64,000 nucleotides of DNA from a virus. Of this stretch, positions 30,223 to 40,088 are shown piece by piece. The DNA lies in IMG/VR virus record IMGVR_UViG_3300044646_002092, positions 1 through 64,000 of that record; one strand, 5' to 3'. The number at the start of each line of letters is the position of its first letter. Position 1 is the stretch's first letter. Made by a program: the position numbers and the translations under genes. The notes beneath the pieces were generated by a model, which saw only the letters and a program-made list of their open reading frames with translations, searched no databases and had not been told where the DNA came from.

Positions 30223-30980
30223 GTGAGGGAGATATAGTGCAGATGGAAACTCTTGCTCAATCATTGAATAATGATTGATGGCGCAACATAAACGTTAAGA
30301 CGCACTCCCACAATAATGTTTAGTAAGTCGGAGGTGTATCTTCAAACAAACTAAACAACTGGATGGCGGTGAATAGGCAATAAACCGCAGGAACACGTAG
30401 AGGTCATCGGCGTTTTCGCTCATTAACTCCTCATAACGAGCTACTAATGTCCAGCACTATTCCAATCTTATGTGGCTGAGGACGGTTGAAAGCTGAACCC
30501 GAATAAGTAAGGGCATGACTGACTAATTGACACCCCTGAAGTCAGATATTCGATAGGGTGGTCATCAAAGGTTCAAATCCTTTCATAAGCGTTTCGGGGA
30601 ATATCGTAAATTCCTTATACACGAAAGCAAAGAGGTTGTGGTCTTAGGATTTCCCTCTTTGCAATCTGGATATTCGAGGAATAGTCAATACTCGATTTGT
30701 GGGTTCGTTCCTGCTAACCCCAGCCGTAACTTGAGCCTAAGTAATCAAGCCCTGCGAAGTTGGGTCTAGGACAGGGCTATCCAGCCATATCATCGTTTCG
30801 GAGGGTATCGTAAACCCTCTGCACCTCACCTTAGTATAAGCTCTTGCTCCGTCTTAGGATTAGCTGGGATTTGATGCCCAAAGCGAGTTGCCTTGTCAGT
30901 ATGGTCAATCTTATTAAGGTGTACAGCACCTTGCGAGATAATTTCAAACTGAAGCGCCCCTTGAACTTAGGTTAGGGGTA
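30223..30980 (+). ncRNA. Cluster of structured non-coding RNA elements (~750 nt)
   Basis: No long ORF; many perfect stems, a tRNA-like unit, two cloverleaves and a duplicated covarying hairpin; ends in a GCCCC/GGGGT hairpin at 30956-30985. Confidence 0.7.
30466..30591 (+). ncRNA. tRNA-like RNA with a replaced/extended anticodon arm (not a decoding tRNA)
   Basis: Acceptor CTTATG/CATAAG, D-arm GCTGAGGACGGTTGAAAGC, perfect T-arm AAAGG-TTCAAAT-CCTTT; a ~65 nt nested stem replaces the anticodon loop. Confidence 0.6.
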
Positions 30981-31001
30981 TTTTCATATCTAAAATAATC
31001 A

Positions 31002-31571
31002 ATGAAAAATATTGCAATAGGAAACATCCCGAAACATAAATATGTCTGGGTAGACACCAATTTCACTCATAAGCAATTCATAGGTTATATTCCTGCTGTT
31101 TGGTTTGCACTCAATAGCGTTGCTGGTCGAAGTTGGGGTTTGCATGTTATGTTGGAGTGCGGCGCAGTTTTTCGGAACTTACCACCCCACGCAATACTTT
31201 TTGAAGACCCGTTATCATTTACCGCTAACCTTTGGGACATTAGACAAGCTCAGCGTTGGGATTGCTACAGCCAAAATTGGAGTGCAATCGAATATAGGTA
31301 TCTAGCCAATTTACGATGCAAGGTAGCTATTGACCCTGAAATAGCCTTTCTAGGAACTTACCTCTTTTCTGTCTGCCCTCTGGATGACGGGTTCACAGAT
31401 TATCCTGACCAAGCCAAAGAGTTCATATTCATCCAACTTGATAACGGAAGATTAACAATTCAACCAACAAATTACGTTTTGTTCAAGGAAAACAGTTTTA
31501 CAACCAATGATGAACTATTATTCCCTAAAGACTTAAAAGTAAGCGACTTAATTTACTCATCGGAGAAGTAG
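31002..31571 (+). CDS. Conserved-type phage protein of unknown function
   Basis: 189 aa with GRSWGLHVMLECGAVFRNLPPHA and AQRWDCYS motifs. Confidence 0.7.
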   Translation: MKNIAIGNIPKHKYVWVDTNFTHKQFIGYIPAVWFALNSVAGRSWGLHVMLECGAVFRNLPPHAILFEDPLSFTANLWDIRQAQRWDCYSQNWSAIEYRYLANLRCKVAIDPEIAFLGTYLFSVCPLDDGFTDYPDQAKEFIFIQLDNGRLTIQPTNYVLFKENSFTTNDELLFPKDLKVSDLIYSSEK

Positions 31572-31748
31572 TATGGATGACCATTATGATGCTCAAGTCT
31601 ATTCCCTAGCTTCAGGCTGGCTTCAAGACCGTTTCGCTGAAGATTACGTTTATTCAACTAAATATTCAGCTAGGTTACTTCCATTTATAATTTGTTTGCA
31701 ACAAATCGTTTTGGCATTGCTTGCTGACCCCAACTATCAGGAGGACTT

Positions 31749-33510
31749 TTGATTATGGCACGACTAACTAACAGCAAGGACGTATACCTGCCTTACAAAT
31801 CGACTGACCAAATTGCGCGTGAAGCTGTCGAAGCCCACGAAGCACGTTTTACTCAATCGGGCTGGCAACTTGCCAAAATCATTATTCCTATTGCATTTTT
31901 GGTATTGTTGGTCAACGACATTATTTTGATTCAGGTGTTGTAATGGAAATCGAAACTATTGTTGAGCAGTTTTTAGCTTCGTCTTCTAAGAGTAAGGTTG
32001 AAGTTGCCAAGTATCTTCAGTTCGTATATGACAGTGGCTTTAATAAAGGTATCTCTGCCGCCCACTCTCTAGCGGAAGAATGTTCTGTACCTGACTCTTA
32101 CTCACAGCCTTGCGTCGATGATTTAGCCGTAGAGATTGCTGACTTGAAACGGAAGATTTAATCATGTACCAAATACAATTCTTTTCTGCCAAGCATAATC
32201 GGTGGTTTTTAATGTGGCATCATGGGGAAGAAAGTCTTGCTAGGATGGTTAGATTTTTTGAAGTTATGTGTAATCTCGAACCTCGACTCAAACGTCGCAT
32301 TATCGACTTAAACACTGGTGCAATCGTCTATACCTAACTTTAGACAGATGCACCAAACATCTACATCCCCTAGACTTATAAAACAAAGTAAAACAACAAA
32401 CACACATGGCAACAGCTAAAACCAAGTCCGATAATACCGACGTAGTTATTTCTTCAGCAGCAGCAGCGCTTGTTAAGGCGACCGCAAGTATCCAAGAAGC
32501 GTTTAAGTCTATTGATGGATTGAATGAAACATCAGAAACCCTTACTCGCGATATCGCATCAAAGAAAGCTGAAGTTGCAAGTCTGGATGAGCAGTATCAA
32601 ACCAAGGCTCGACAAGCGGAAGTTGATTTCAATTTGAAGCTTCAAGAAACGAAGGATAAGACTGTTACCGAATACCTTAAGTCAGTTGGTAAGGAAGCAG
32701 TTGACACCTCTATCTACAGGGCGTTACAAAATGAATTGACCAAAGTTGTTGCTGAACGTGATGCAGAAGTCAAGAAGGCAGTTGCAATCGAGAATAGTCG
32801 CTTGACTCGCGATTTCAACTCTGAGAAAGCGCTACTTCAAAGCCAGTTTGAAACTTCTACTGCCAAGCAACTCGCTCAAATTGAATCTCTCACCGAACGT
32901 AATGGCGCACTCAGCAATGAAATCGCTAAGCTGTTCAAGGAAATCGAAGCTCAACGTGCATTGACTGCGGAAGTCGCTAAGGCTGGCTCAGTTGGTTCTA
33001 TTAACGTTGGCACTCCTAATAACCGTTAAGTTTCACGACTGATTTGGTACACACTATACGGCTCCTTCGGGAGCCTTTTTATTAACATGAACAAAGCACT
33101 ATTTAACAAAATCCAAGAACGCTACCTCGCTAAGATTGCAGAAAAGAATAGTTGGGGTAAGAATGAAATCAAACAGTTGTGGCAAGCTACGGTATCTGAA
33201 GTATTGGTCGAGAATTTGACTGATGAATGACACTATCAATAAAATCGCTTCGCTCATGGCAGAAGAAGAGTTTGCATGGAAAGAATCTCAGATAATGCAA
33301 ACTATGTTAAGTGAGAATGTATCTTTGCCAGAGGAGTTAAGTAAACTTGGCTGGGGTTTTGGTCTAAAACAAGATTCTGGGCAGTGGAACGTACTTACTT
33401 GGGGTAAATTTACGTCTTGCAACTTTGTCGAGGAGTCGCGGTTTGAGTCAAAGGTAAAACAAGAGTTTGAGGCTATTTGTAAAGAGGCTATGCAGAGGGA
33501 ATTAAGTTAA
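31749..33510 (+). other. Hypothetical CDSs 31749..31943, 31943..32161, 32406..33029 (coiled coil, 207 aa), 33223..33510
   Basis: Co-oriented ORFs; heptad pattern in 32406..33029. Confidence 0.65.
33060..33080 (+). terminator. Intrinsic terminator
   Basis: GGCTCC-TTCG-GGAGCC followed by TTTTT. Confidence 0.85.
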
Positions 33511-34130
33511 TGTTGAAAAATTTTGAAGTTGAGTGGAATAATATAGAGGATTTATCTAAATTACATAAAATTATAAAAGCGAGAATTTGCTCTTTAAAAT
33601 CCGATGGAGCTACTTTTGCTAGTAAGGAAGAAAAAAGGAAAATGATTCTAGATTGTTGTTTTTCAATTTATGAAGCAAATCTAGACCATATATTTGTAAA
33701 AGACAAAGATGCGGCAAGTAATTATTATATCTACGCACATTGCAACCCACTACAGGAATTAGATGCTATTTGCAAAGCTAAACCTGCTTTTGCGGCTACA
33801 TTAGGCTTAAATTTTGTTCCTTTCTATGTTGGAAAAGGTACGGGAGATAGAGCTTATAAACTAGAGCGTAATGAGACTTATAGGAAAGTCATGCAATTAC
33901 TAAATGCTAGAAATTTAAAACCAGACATAAAAATAGTCTCTAATAACTTACAAGAAGCTAAAGCATTAGAATTGGAAGCTAAATTAATAGATATTTTTGG
34001 TCTACAAATTTACGGTGGTTGGTTGACAAATTTAGATGAAGGTCACGACTCTAAGTTAAGAAGGCAGAGGTATGCTAAAGAGTTTAGTGTATTAAATCAA
34101 AAACGTTTTCAATTGTTCTCGGATAATTAA
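33510..34130 (+). CDS. GIY-YIG (LEM-3-like) endonuclease, probably homing
   Basis: YYIYAH...FYVGKGTGDRA...EAKALELEAKLIDIFG...LTN. Confidence 0.75.
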   Translation: MLKNFEVEWNNIEDLSKLHKIIKARICSLKSDGATFASKEEKRKMILDCCFSIYEANLDHIFVKDKDAASNYYIYAHCNPLQELDAICKAKPAFAATLGLNFVPFYVGKGTGDRAYKLERNETYRKVMQLLNARNLKPDIKIVSNNLQEAKALELEAKLIDIFGLQIYGGWLTNLDEGHDSKLRRQRYAKEFSVLNQKRFQLFSDN

Positions 34131-34149
34131 TTTCTACACCACAATACGC

Positions 34150-34185
34150 AAAAAGGAGATGCACATAATACATCTCCTTTTCTTT
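34150..34185. terminator. Bidirectional intrinsic terminator
   Basis: AAAAAGGAGATG-loop-CATCTCCTTTT, followed by further T residues. Confidence 0.75.
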
Positions 34186-34426
34186 ACGCTACTACCAAGC
34201 TAGATTTGCGGGTAAAAGCTACAATTGAGTTTTTGCCATTTGTTTTCTTGTCCCATAGTCCTTACTCATAAAGTAAAAACAGTGATAACTCTTACTAAAA
34301 CGTCGATACCTTTATATGCCCTTGTAGTGGGGCTTGATAGTAGTTAATGGACATAGCATTAATCGAAAATGCGTCCGCCTTAGTTCAACGAAATCTTTCA
34401 AGACATATTAATATTAACATAACACT

Positions 34427-35623
34427 ATGAAAAAAGCTTGCGGTTTCCGCTTCCAAGGTCACTACGTCTACCGTCAATATTTTGAAGAGCATGGCAGATA
34501 CAAAATCATGGTGTGGGTCGCCTCTAATCCTCCAGAAGAAGAATTGTGCGCTGATGTTGCCTTCTGCGGTGACTCTCACAACGAATGTATGGACAAACTC
34601 AAGCAATGGCTTGAAATCAATAACGATTGGGTAAACAAAACAGATGCCTAACACTAAATTTGAACTACCCGAAGACTTGAAAGAGATTACAGATTTCGGG
34701 TTTCAAGTCTTCCCAGAAAACGTTGTAGTTTATCCTCCTGATGTGTTGGTATTAACTTTAAATCACTACCCTTTAGAGGCTGTAGCTAAGTTATTTTCCT
34801 CTTTACAGACCACACAAATAAGATACTACGACATCACTTTTGACGGTGCATATCAAACTAAACTGAATCCAGATGGAACAATTACTTGCAGCCCTTACTG
34901 CACGGAAATTAACGGAAAGGAAATAGGCAGAACTCCTGTGAAACTAAAAATTCTGAAAGAGTTTAAATCAATACAATGGAAAGAAACAAATGGCAACACT
35001 TAAAAACCTCAAACCAGACCAAATTCTTTACAAGGTCAGAAAAGAAAAGGCTGGTCGTACAACAATGACTCGTCAAGTACTCGATACCATTCGTATTATC
35101 AGTGTAGACCTCGAAAATGAGAAGGTGGTGGCTAGTTATCGTGGCAGGAAGGGAAACTATCGCGATTGGCAACTCAAGTCTTGGCGAGTTAAAGAACCTC
35201 AAGTAAAGAGTCGTGATATACTCGGAAACCCTCGATACTAATCCTCCTCACGATAGATGACCTGCCCCGACCATCACGCTATTATTTATAAGCAATCAAG
35301 CAAATAACTAAAAACACATGAATCCTGATACCGCAGTTGCTTACGAACCCGAAGTTGCACAACAAGTATTGGCAGCAATCGAAGAAGTTGAGCCAGTTAC
35401 CGAAGAGCCAGAATTTATCTCGAACGAAGACTATCGTGAATTGTTGGCGCTTGCTATCAATGATGCTGAAGTTTGGGTTTCTCAAGCTGAAAGTCTCATC
35501 AACAAGATTGACAATGGCGAAAAAATCAAAGGGACGAAACTAAACGGCGCTGTTCGTAATGGTCGTCTCGAAATTCTTCGCTCTTCACTAACCGACGTAA
35601 AGACTGCCAAAGTAAGCGGCTAA
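34427..35623 (+). other. Hypothetical CDSs 34427..34651, 34644..35003, 34990..35241, 35318..35623
   Basis: Packed co-oriented ORFs. Confidence 0.65.
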
Positions 35624-35682
35624 CAACAACTAAAATGGCTAGGCGCAATTCCTAGCCCTACTATTACAAGGAAAATTACACC

Positions 35683-36618
35683 ATGTCTTCAATTAAATTA
35701 GTCGCATCTCAAGCTTCTCGTCAACAAAAGCCTCTCAAATGCCTTATTTCTGCCCCTACAGGCGGAGGAAAGAGTCTTGGGGCATTGTTGATTGCTAAAG
35801 GTATAACAAATGGCGGTAGAGTCCTCGCTCTCGACACTGAAAATCGCCGCATGGATTTAAAAGTGGGCGACCCTCTTCTTGATGGTTGGCTTTGGGATAG
35901 AGTCGCACTTGCTCCCGACGAAGTGACTTCACATCATTACATTGCAATGATTGAGAAAGCTATTGAAGAAGGATACGAAGCACTCATTTTGGATTCTACT
36001 ACCCATGAATGGCAATGGATTCTCGCACAGTGGAGCGCTCTTGGCGGTAAATGGGGTGTTCAGTGGGATAAAGCTTCTCGTCCTCACTTCGACTTTGTGA
36101 AAGCAATTATCAAAGCGCCTATCCACATCATCTGCACAGCTAGGGCTAAGATGACTACCGAGCAGCAGACAAACGATGCTACTGGTAAGAAAGAAGTTGT
36201 AAAGCTTGGACTTTCTAATCAACAGGAAGGAAACTTCGAGTATGACATGGATTTTCATTTCCGTATCAACGGTACAGATAACTTCGCAGTTGCAGAAAAG
36301 CAGGAAGCTGGTCTTTTCGATGGGGCTTTTAAGATTTCCACTGAAACTGGAATTCGACTCAATTCTTTTCTGTCTCAAGGTGAAACTCCTGCTGAAGCCA
36401 AGCGTCGCGAACAGCGCTCTAGACTGAACGAACTACAAATGAAACTCATTGGTCTAAAGTTACTAGACAAGGCTCAGGCAGAAAAAGAAATGGCTGAGGT
36501 GCTATCGAAGCCTAGCGAAGAAGTGATTGCTTATGGTAAATCTCTTCGTGCTAAATACGATAAGGCTATTGCTGACGAAAATGCTAAAAGTGGCACTACT
36601 CCCGAAGTGGCTGCTTAA
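35683..36618 (+). CDS. Sak4-like AAA_24 ATPase / ssDNA-annealing recombinase
   Basis: ISAPTGGGKS, LALDTEN, LILDSTTHEW, ICTARAK and EYDMD motifs; followed by an SSB-like gene. Confidence 0.8.
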   Translation: MSSIKLVASQASRQQKPLKCLISAPTGGGKSLGALLIAKGITNGGRVLALDTENRRMDLKVGDPLLDGWLWDRVALAPDEVTSHHYIAMIEKAIEEGYEALILDSTTHEWQWILAQWSALGGKWGVQWDKASRPHFDFVKAIIKAPIHIICTARAKMTTEQQTNDATGKKEVVKLGLSNQQEGNFEYDMDFHFRINGTDNFAVAEKQEAGLFDGAFKISTETGIRLNSFLSQGETPAEAKRREQRSRLNELQMKLIGLKLLDKAQAEKEMAEVLSKPSEEVIAYGKSLRAKYDKAIADENAKSGTTPEVAA

Positions 36619-36691
36619 TCAGTCTTTTGATAGATACTTCAGCTACGACTTTTCGATAAACTAACTACATTCAAACAAAGTAAAAAAACAC

Positions 36692-37099
36692 ATGGCTGCT
36701 TTATTTTCTCAATTCGGTTCTGGCAAAGTTGAAGAATTTGTTGGTTACGTTCGTACTTCTCGTCCTGCAAGAGGTGACGACTTCGCTGGTTACGCTGACC
36801 TTGGTGTTTCCGTTAATACTGCTGCCAAAGGTGCTGAGCAGTATGCCCCAAGCGTTTTTCTTTCTGTTCACAGCGATGACGAAAGCATTGGAATTGGTGA
36901 CAAGGTTTTGGTGAAGGGTCTACTAAGAAGTCGCAAGGATGATAGCGGTGAAAAGACTTATTACTCCCTCGACCGCTACACTTTATTCCCTGTTGTTGTG
37001 CTTGAGAAGGCTAAGGCTAAGGATGCTGCGGCTACTACTACTAAGACTGCAACCAAGTCTGCTGCTCCTACTGTTGAGGACGATTCTGACGACTTCTAG
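36692..37099 (+). CDS. Single-stranded DNA-binding protein-like
   Basis: OB-fold-like pattern (GDKVLVKGLLRS) with an acidic C-terminus EDDSDDF. Confidence 0.65.
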   Translation: MAALFSQFGSGKVEEFVGYVRTSRPARGDDFAGYADLGVSVNTAAKGAEQYAPSVFLSVHSDDESIGIGDKVLVKGLLRSRKDDSGEKTYYSLDRYTLFPVVVLEKAKAKDAAATTTKTATKSAAPTVEDDSDDF

Positions 37100-37109
37100 A
37101 TAAAACTGT

Positions 37110-37133
37110 GGGGGTACTTAATCCCCCCTTTTT
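37110..37133 (+). terminator. Intrinsic terminator after the SSB-like gene
   Basis: GGGGG-loop-CCCCC followed by TTTTT. Confidence 0.7.
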
Positions 37134-37137
37134 AACT

Positions 37138-37650
37138 ATGGAAATAGATTTTTACGGCAGAAAGGGAATCAATAAAGGTGTTCGATACACTTTACTTATT
37201 GACCAAGAAGACTTAGACTTAGTGGTTGGTAAGACAATCTATTTAAGTGGTGGAAGACCTGATAACAAATACGTCGCATTCAATAAAAATGGTAATCCTC
37301 AATTAATCCATAAATTGATTGCAGAGCGTATGGGTCTTATTGGTGTTGTAGACCATAAGAATAGAAACAAACTAGACTGTAGACGAGAGAATTTCCGTCT
37401 CGCAGACATATCTAAAAACTCAGCAAACAGGCATACTTGCACAACTGCCTCTGGTTACAAAGGAGTCTTTACACAGACCTCTAAAACTGGAAAGAAAACT
37501 TACTGGTCTACATTAGGTTTTGAAGGTAGCAAAATAAAAGTATGTAGCAAGATGTCTGACCCTTTGGAAGCTGCTAAACTATATGATGCAGCAGCTATCA
37601 AATATTTCGGTGAGTTTGCTTGCACGAATAAAATGATGGGAAAATACTAA
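37138..37650 (+). CDS. HNH-AP2 homing endonuclease
   Basis: VDHKNRNKLDCRRENFR (HNH), SGYKGV and AAKLYDAAAIKYFGEFA (AP2). Confidence 0.85.
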   Translation: MEIDFYGRKGINKGVRYTLLIDQEDLDLVVGKTIYLSGGRPDNKYVAFNKNGNPQLIHKLIAERMGLIGVVDHKNRNKLDCRRENFRLADISKNSANRHTCTTASGYKGVFTQTSKTGKKTYWSTLGFEGSKIKVCSKMSDPLEAAKLYDAAAIKYFGEFACTNKMMGKY

Positions 37651-37706
37651 TTTCGTAATTGTAACATGGGCATCGGCTAGTCCTTTGCCCTTCATAACCA
37701 ACTAAA

Positions 37707-38039
37707 ATGAAGAACAAAATCACACCTCAAGACATTCAAAATTTACTAAACTCTGCCGAAACACAAGAAGCTGTCTTCTGGAATAAAGAAGTTGTAGTCT
37801 CTTATCGATTTCCTACTCGCAACGGGTTTTCTATTATCGGTCGCGGGGCTTGTGTAGACCCCGCTAACTTCGACATTGAGATTGGGCGTAAGATTGCTAG
37901 AGAGCAAGTAGAACATAAGCTGTGGCAACTTGAAGGTTACTTGCTACAACAGCAGCTACCTACCAGCGTTAACGTTACTCAAACAGTACAAGATGTCGTA
38001 AACAGTAACTTCACTGGTATTGTTATTGACAGTCTCTAA
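37707..38039 (+). CDS. N4 Gp49 / Sf6 gp66-family protein (possible nucleotide-signal sponge)
   Basis: NGFSIIGRGACVDPANFDIEIGRKIA...KLWQLEGYLL signature. Confidence 0.75.
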   Translation: MKNKITPQDIQNLLNSAETQEAVFWNKEVVVSYRFPTRNGFSIIGRGACVDPANFDIEIGRKIAREQVEHKLWQLEGYLLQQQLPTSVNVTQTVQDVVNSNFTGIVIDSL

Positions 38040-38044
38040 CAAAC

Positions 38045-38206
38045 AATGTCGGTCGGCATTAAAAACATATCTCTTCCAATATTCTAGTATTGCCTAGATA
38101 CAGCACATCCGAGGTGAATCTACTAACTTGCTCACATAGCTTACTAAGACTCTTAGAGTACCAACGGAAGGACTGAGTTAATACTAGATAGAGGTGGTTC
38201 GACATT
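38045..38206 (+). ncRNA. Candidate structured RNA upstream of dut
   Basis: AATGTCG/CGACATT closing stem, CTCT/AGAG, CTAGTATT/AATACTAG and TAGAT/ATCTA arms; followed by a GGGCGA/TCGCCC hairpin. Confidence 0.5.
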
Positions 38207-38263
38207 TACGAGGGGCGATGATTAAGTTCTCGCCCTTTCAATTTATTTACTTTTTCAGGTACT

Positions 38264-38908
38264 ATGACTAAATTACTTATCTCCCTCCCTCTTTCTGATG
38301 CAGCGCAGCGATTCTATGGTAGCTCTGCACCTACATACAACAAAGTTAATGACGCAGGTATCGACTTGCCATTTGTCAGCGATGTGAAGCCTTATGATGC
38401 TGAAGTTGTTGAGACTATCGGACTAATTAGCTTTGAGACTGTTTTCGCGATGTATGACATCAAAGTAGAATTTGTTGGTTTTGCTATTATGCAATGTGTA
38501 CAAGATGCATTGAAAGAGACTGTAAAATATTTTGTGAGAAAAGAAGAACTCATTCCTTGTCATTTTGATATTCGACCTCGCAGCAGTATTAGCAAAACAC
38601 CATTTCGTTTTGCTAATTGCACAGGCACAATCGACGAAACTTATCGTGGCATCGAGTATCAACACGAAGATATTATCAGTTTTTGGACTGGAGACACACT
38701 TGGTTGTTATCTTGACTACCATCCTCAGCTTGGCATTAAAGGTCGTAAGTCGTATATTGATGCTGGTGACCGATTGTTACAGGTGATAGCCCCTAATCTA
38801 GATTCTATACTGCACATTAAACTAGATTTCACAGAGGAAAACTGTATATTCTGGTCTGAAGTGGTTGGTAATAAGAATAGAGGGGGTTTTGGTAGCAGTG
38901 GAACCTAA
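38264..38908 (+). CDS. dut: Trimeric dUTPase
   Basis: All five motifs: DAGIDL, IRPRSS, GTIDETYRG, GDRLLQ, RGGFGSSG. Confidence 0.9.
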   Translation: MTKLLISLPLSDAAQRFYGSSAPTYNKVNDAGIDLPFVSDVKPYDAEVVETIGLISFETVFAMYDIKVEFVGFAIMQCVQDALKETVKYFVRKEELIPCHFDIRPRSSISKTPFRFANCTGTIDETYRGIEYQHEDIISFWTGDTLGCYLDYHPQLGIKGRKSYIDAGDRLLQVIAPNLDSILHIKLDFTEENCIFWSEVVGNKNRGGFGSSGT

Positions 38909-39124
38909 TACTTTTACTCATTTTCATCTGGTTTGGGTGGATTGCGTAGGCGCGATTACACTATACAAAATACCACTCGAACACGCTCCTAAATTTATAG
39001 AAGCTCAAGACTCCCCTAATGATATTGATTTACTTTTGCATTACAATCCTGAAGTTCAGTGCGAACAAATTAATATCAAGTGTCCCGTTACATTATTTGG
39101 TACTGTTATGTTTGTGGGTGGTTG

Positions 39125-40048
39125 ATGGCTAAGAAACTGTTTGAATACGAACCTTTTATCAAATATAAAGGAGAGGTAACAGAAGAGAATGGTAAGCGTC
39201 AATATGAGTCGGTATGTGGGTTAAAAGCGGCTTCGACAACGACAGTTCTATCTGCTTACGAAGATAAAGACTTCCTTGAGGTGTGGAAGCAGAAAAAAAT
39301 AGCTGAAGGTGAAAATCCCGATGACATTTCAGAAGAGTCTGCGCGGGTAGGAAGTCGCTCTCACGAATATATCGAGTCATACTTAATCGATGGAGTATAT
39401 CCATTAGGCAATCTTGTTGAGCAAAAATTAGCTTGTGTTGCCATCGATAACTTCTACAGCCATGTAGACCCTGAAAATTCGCAATGTGAGCAGCCATTAT
39501 TTTACGACGGTCGCCTACAGAAAAATCCTGAGCCGTTCGTATTGGCTGGCAGATACGATAACCTTGTGAAAATTCCCGATAATACTTTTAAAATTGTAAA
39601 AACAGGAGAAATACTACCAGAAAAATTTGTTATATGCGATTTAAAAACGAAAAGAAGTTATGACAAACTTAAGAAGGGTGGTGTTAAACTGAAAAGCTTG
39701 CCAAGAATGGATAGTTGCGATTTCATGTTTAAGAATTGTCTTCAAGCATCCTTCTACGCTGCTGCGCTTACTTTGGGTACAGATTTCAAGGAAAAGTACG
39801 GTGCTGGAATAACTGGGGCAATTCTCGTATATGTGAATGAAGAACGAAGTAGGCTGGCGTACATCTCACATTCGGATTTAAACTATTATTGGAAGATTTT
39901 CAAGAATATTTTACGAGATTTTTATGGTATTAAGCCACTAGAAAAATCGTGGAAGCAGCTTATACAGGAGAGTAACTGGCGACCAGATTATGTGAATGGT
40001 GGTTATACAAATAATATTCCAAAGGAAATTGAGCTAATAAGACCTTAA
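39125..40048 (+). CDS. PD-(D/E)XK exonuclease (Cas4/MGME1-like phage exonuclease)
   Basis: STTTVLS...W...GSRSHEYIE...AGRYD...DLKT...QASFYA. Confidence 0.8.
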   Translation: MAKKLFEYEPFIKYKGEVTEENGKRQYESVCGLKAASTTTVLSAYEDKDFLEVWKQKKIAEGENPDDISEESARVGSRSHEYIESYLIDGVYPLGNLVEQKLACVAIDNFYSHVDPENSQCEQPLFYDGRLQKNPEPFVLAGRYDNLVKIPDNTFKIVKTGEILPEKFVICDLKTKRSYDKLKKGGVKLKSLPRMDSCDFMFKNCLQASFYAAALTLGTDFKEKYGAGITGAILVYVNEERSRLAYISHSDLNYYWKIFKNILRDFYGIKPLEKSWKQLIQESNWRPDYVNGGYTNNIPKEIELIRP

Positions 40049-40088
40049 GATAGATGACGCGCCTACTTCTATACCCTAAACTACAGCA

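Noticed and set aside
30466-30591. Canonical or intron-containing decoding tRNA, or a tmRNA
   Set aside because: No 7 nt anticodon loop with U33 can be formed, there is no G3:U70 pair, and there is no tag reading frame.
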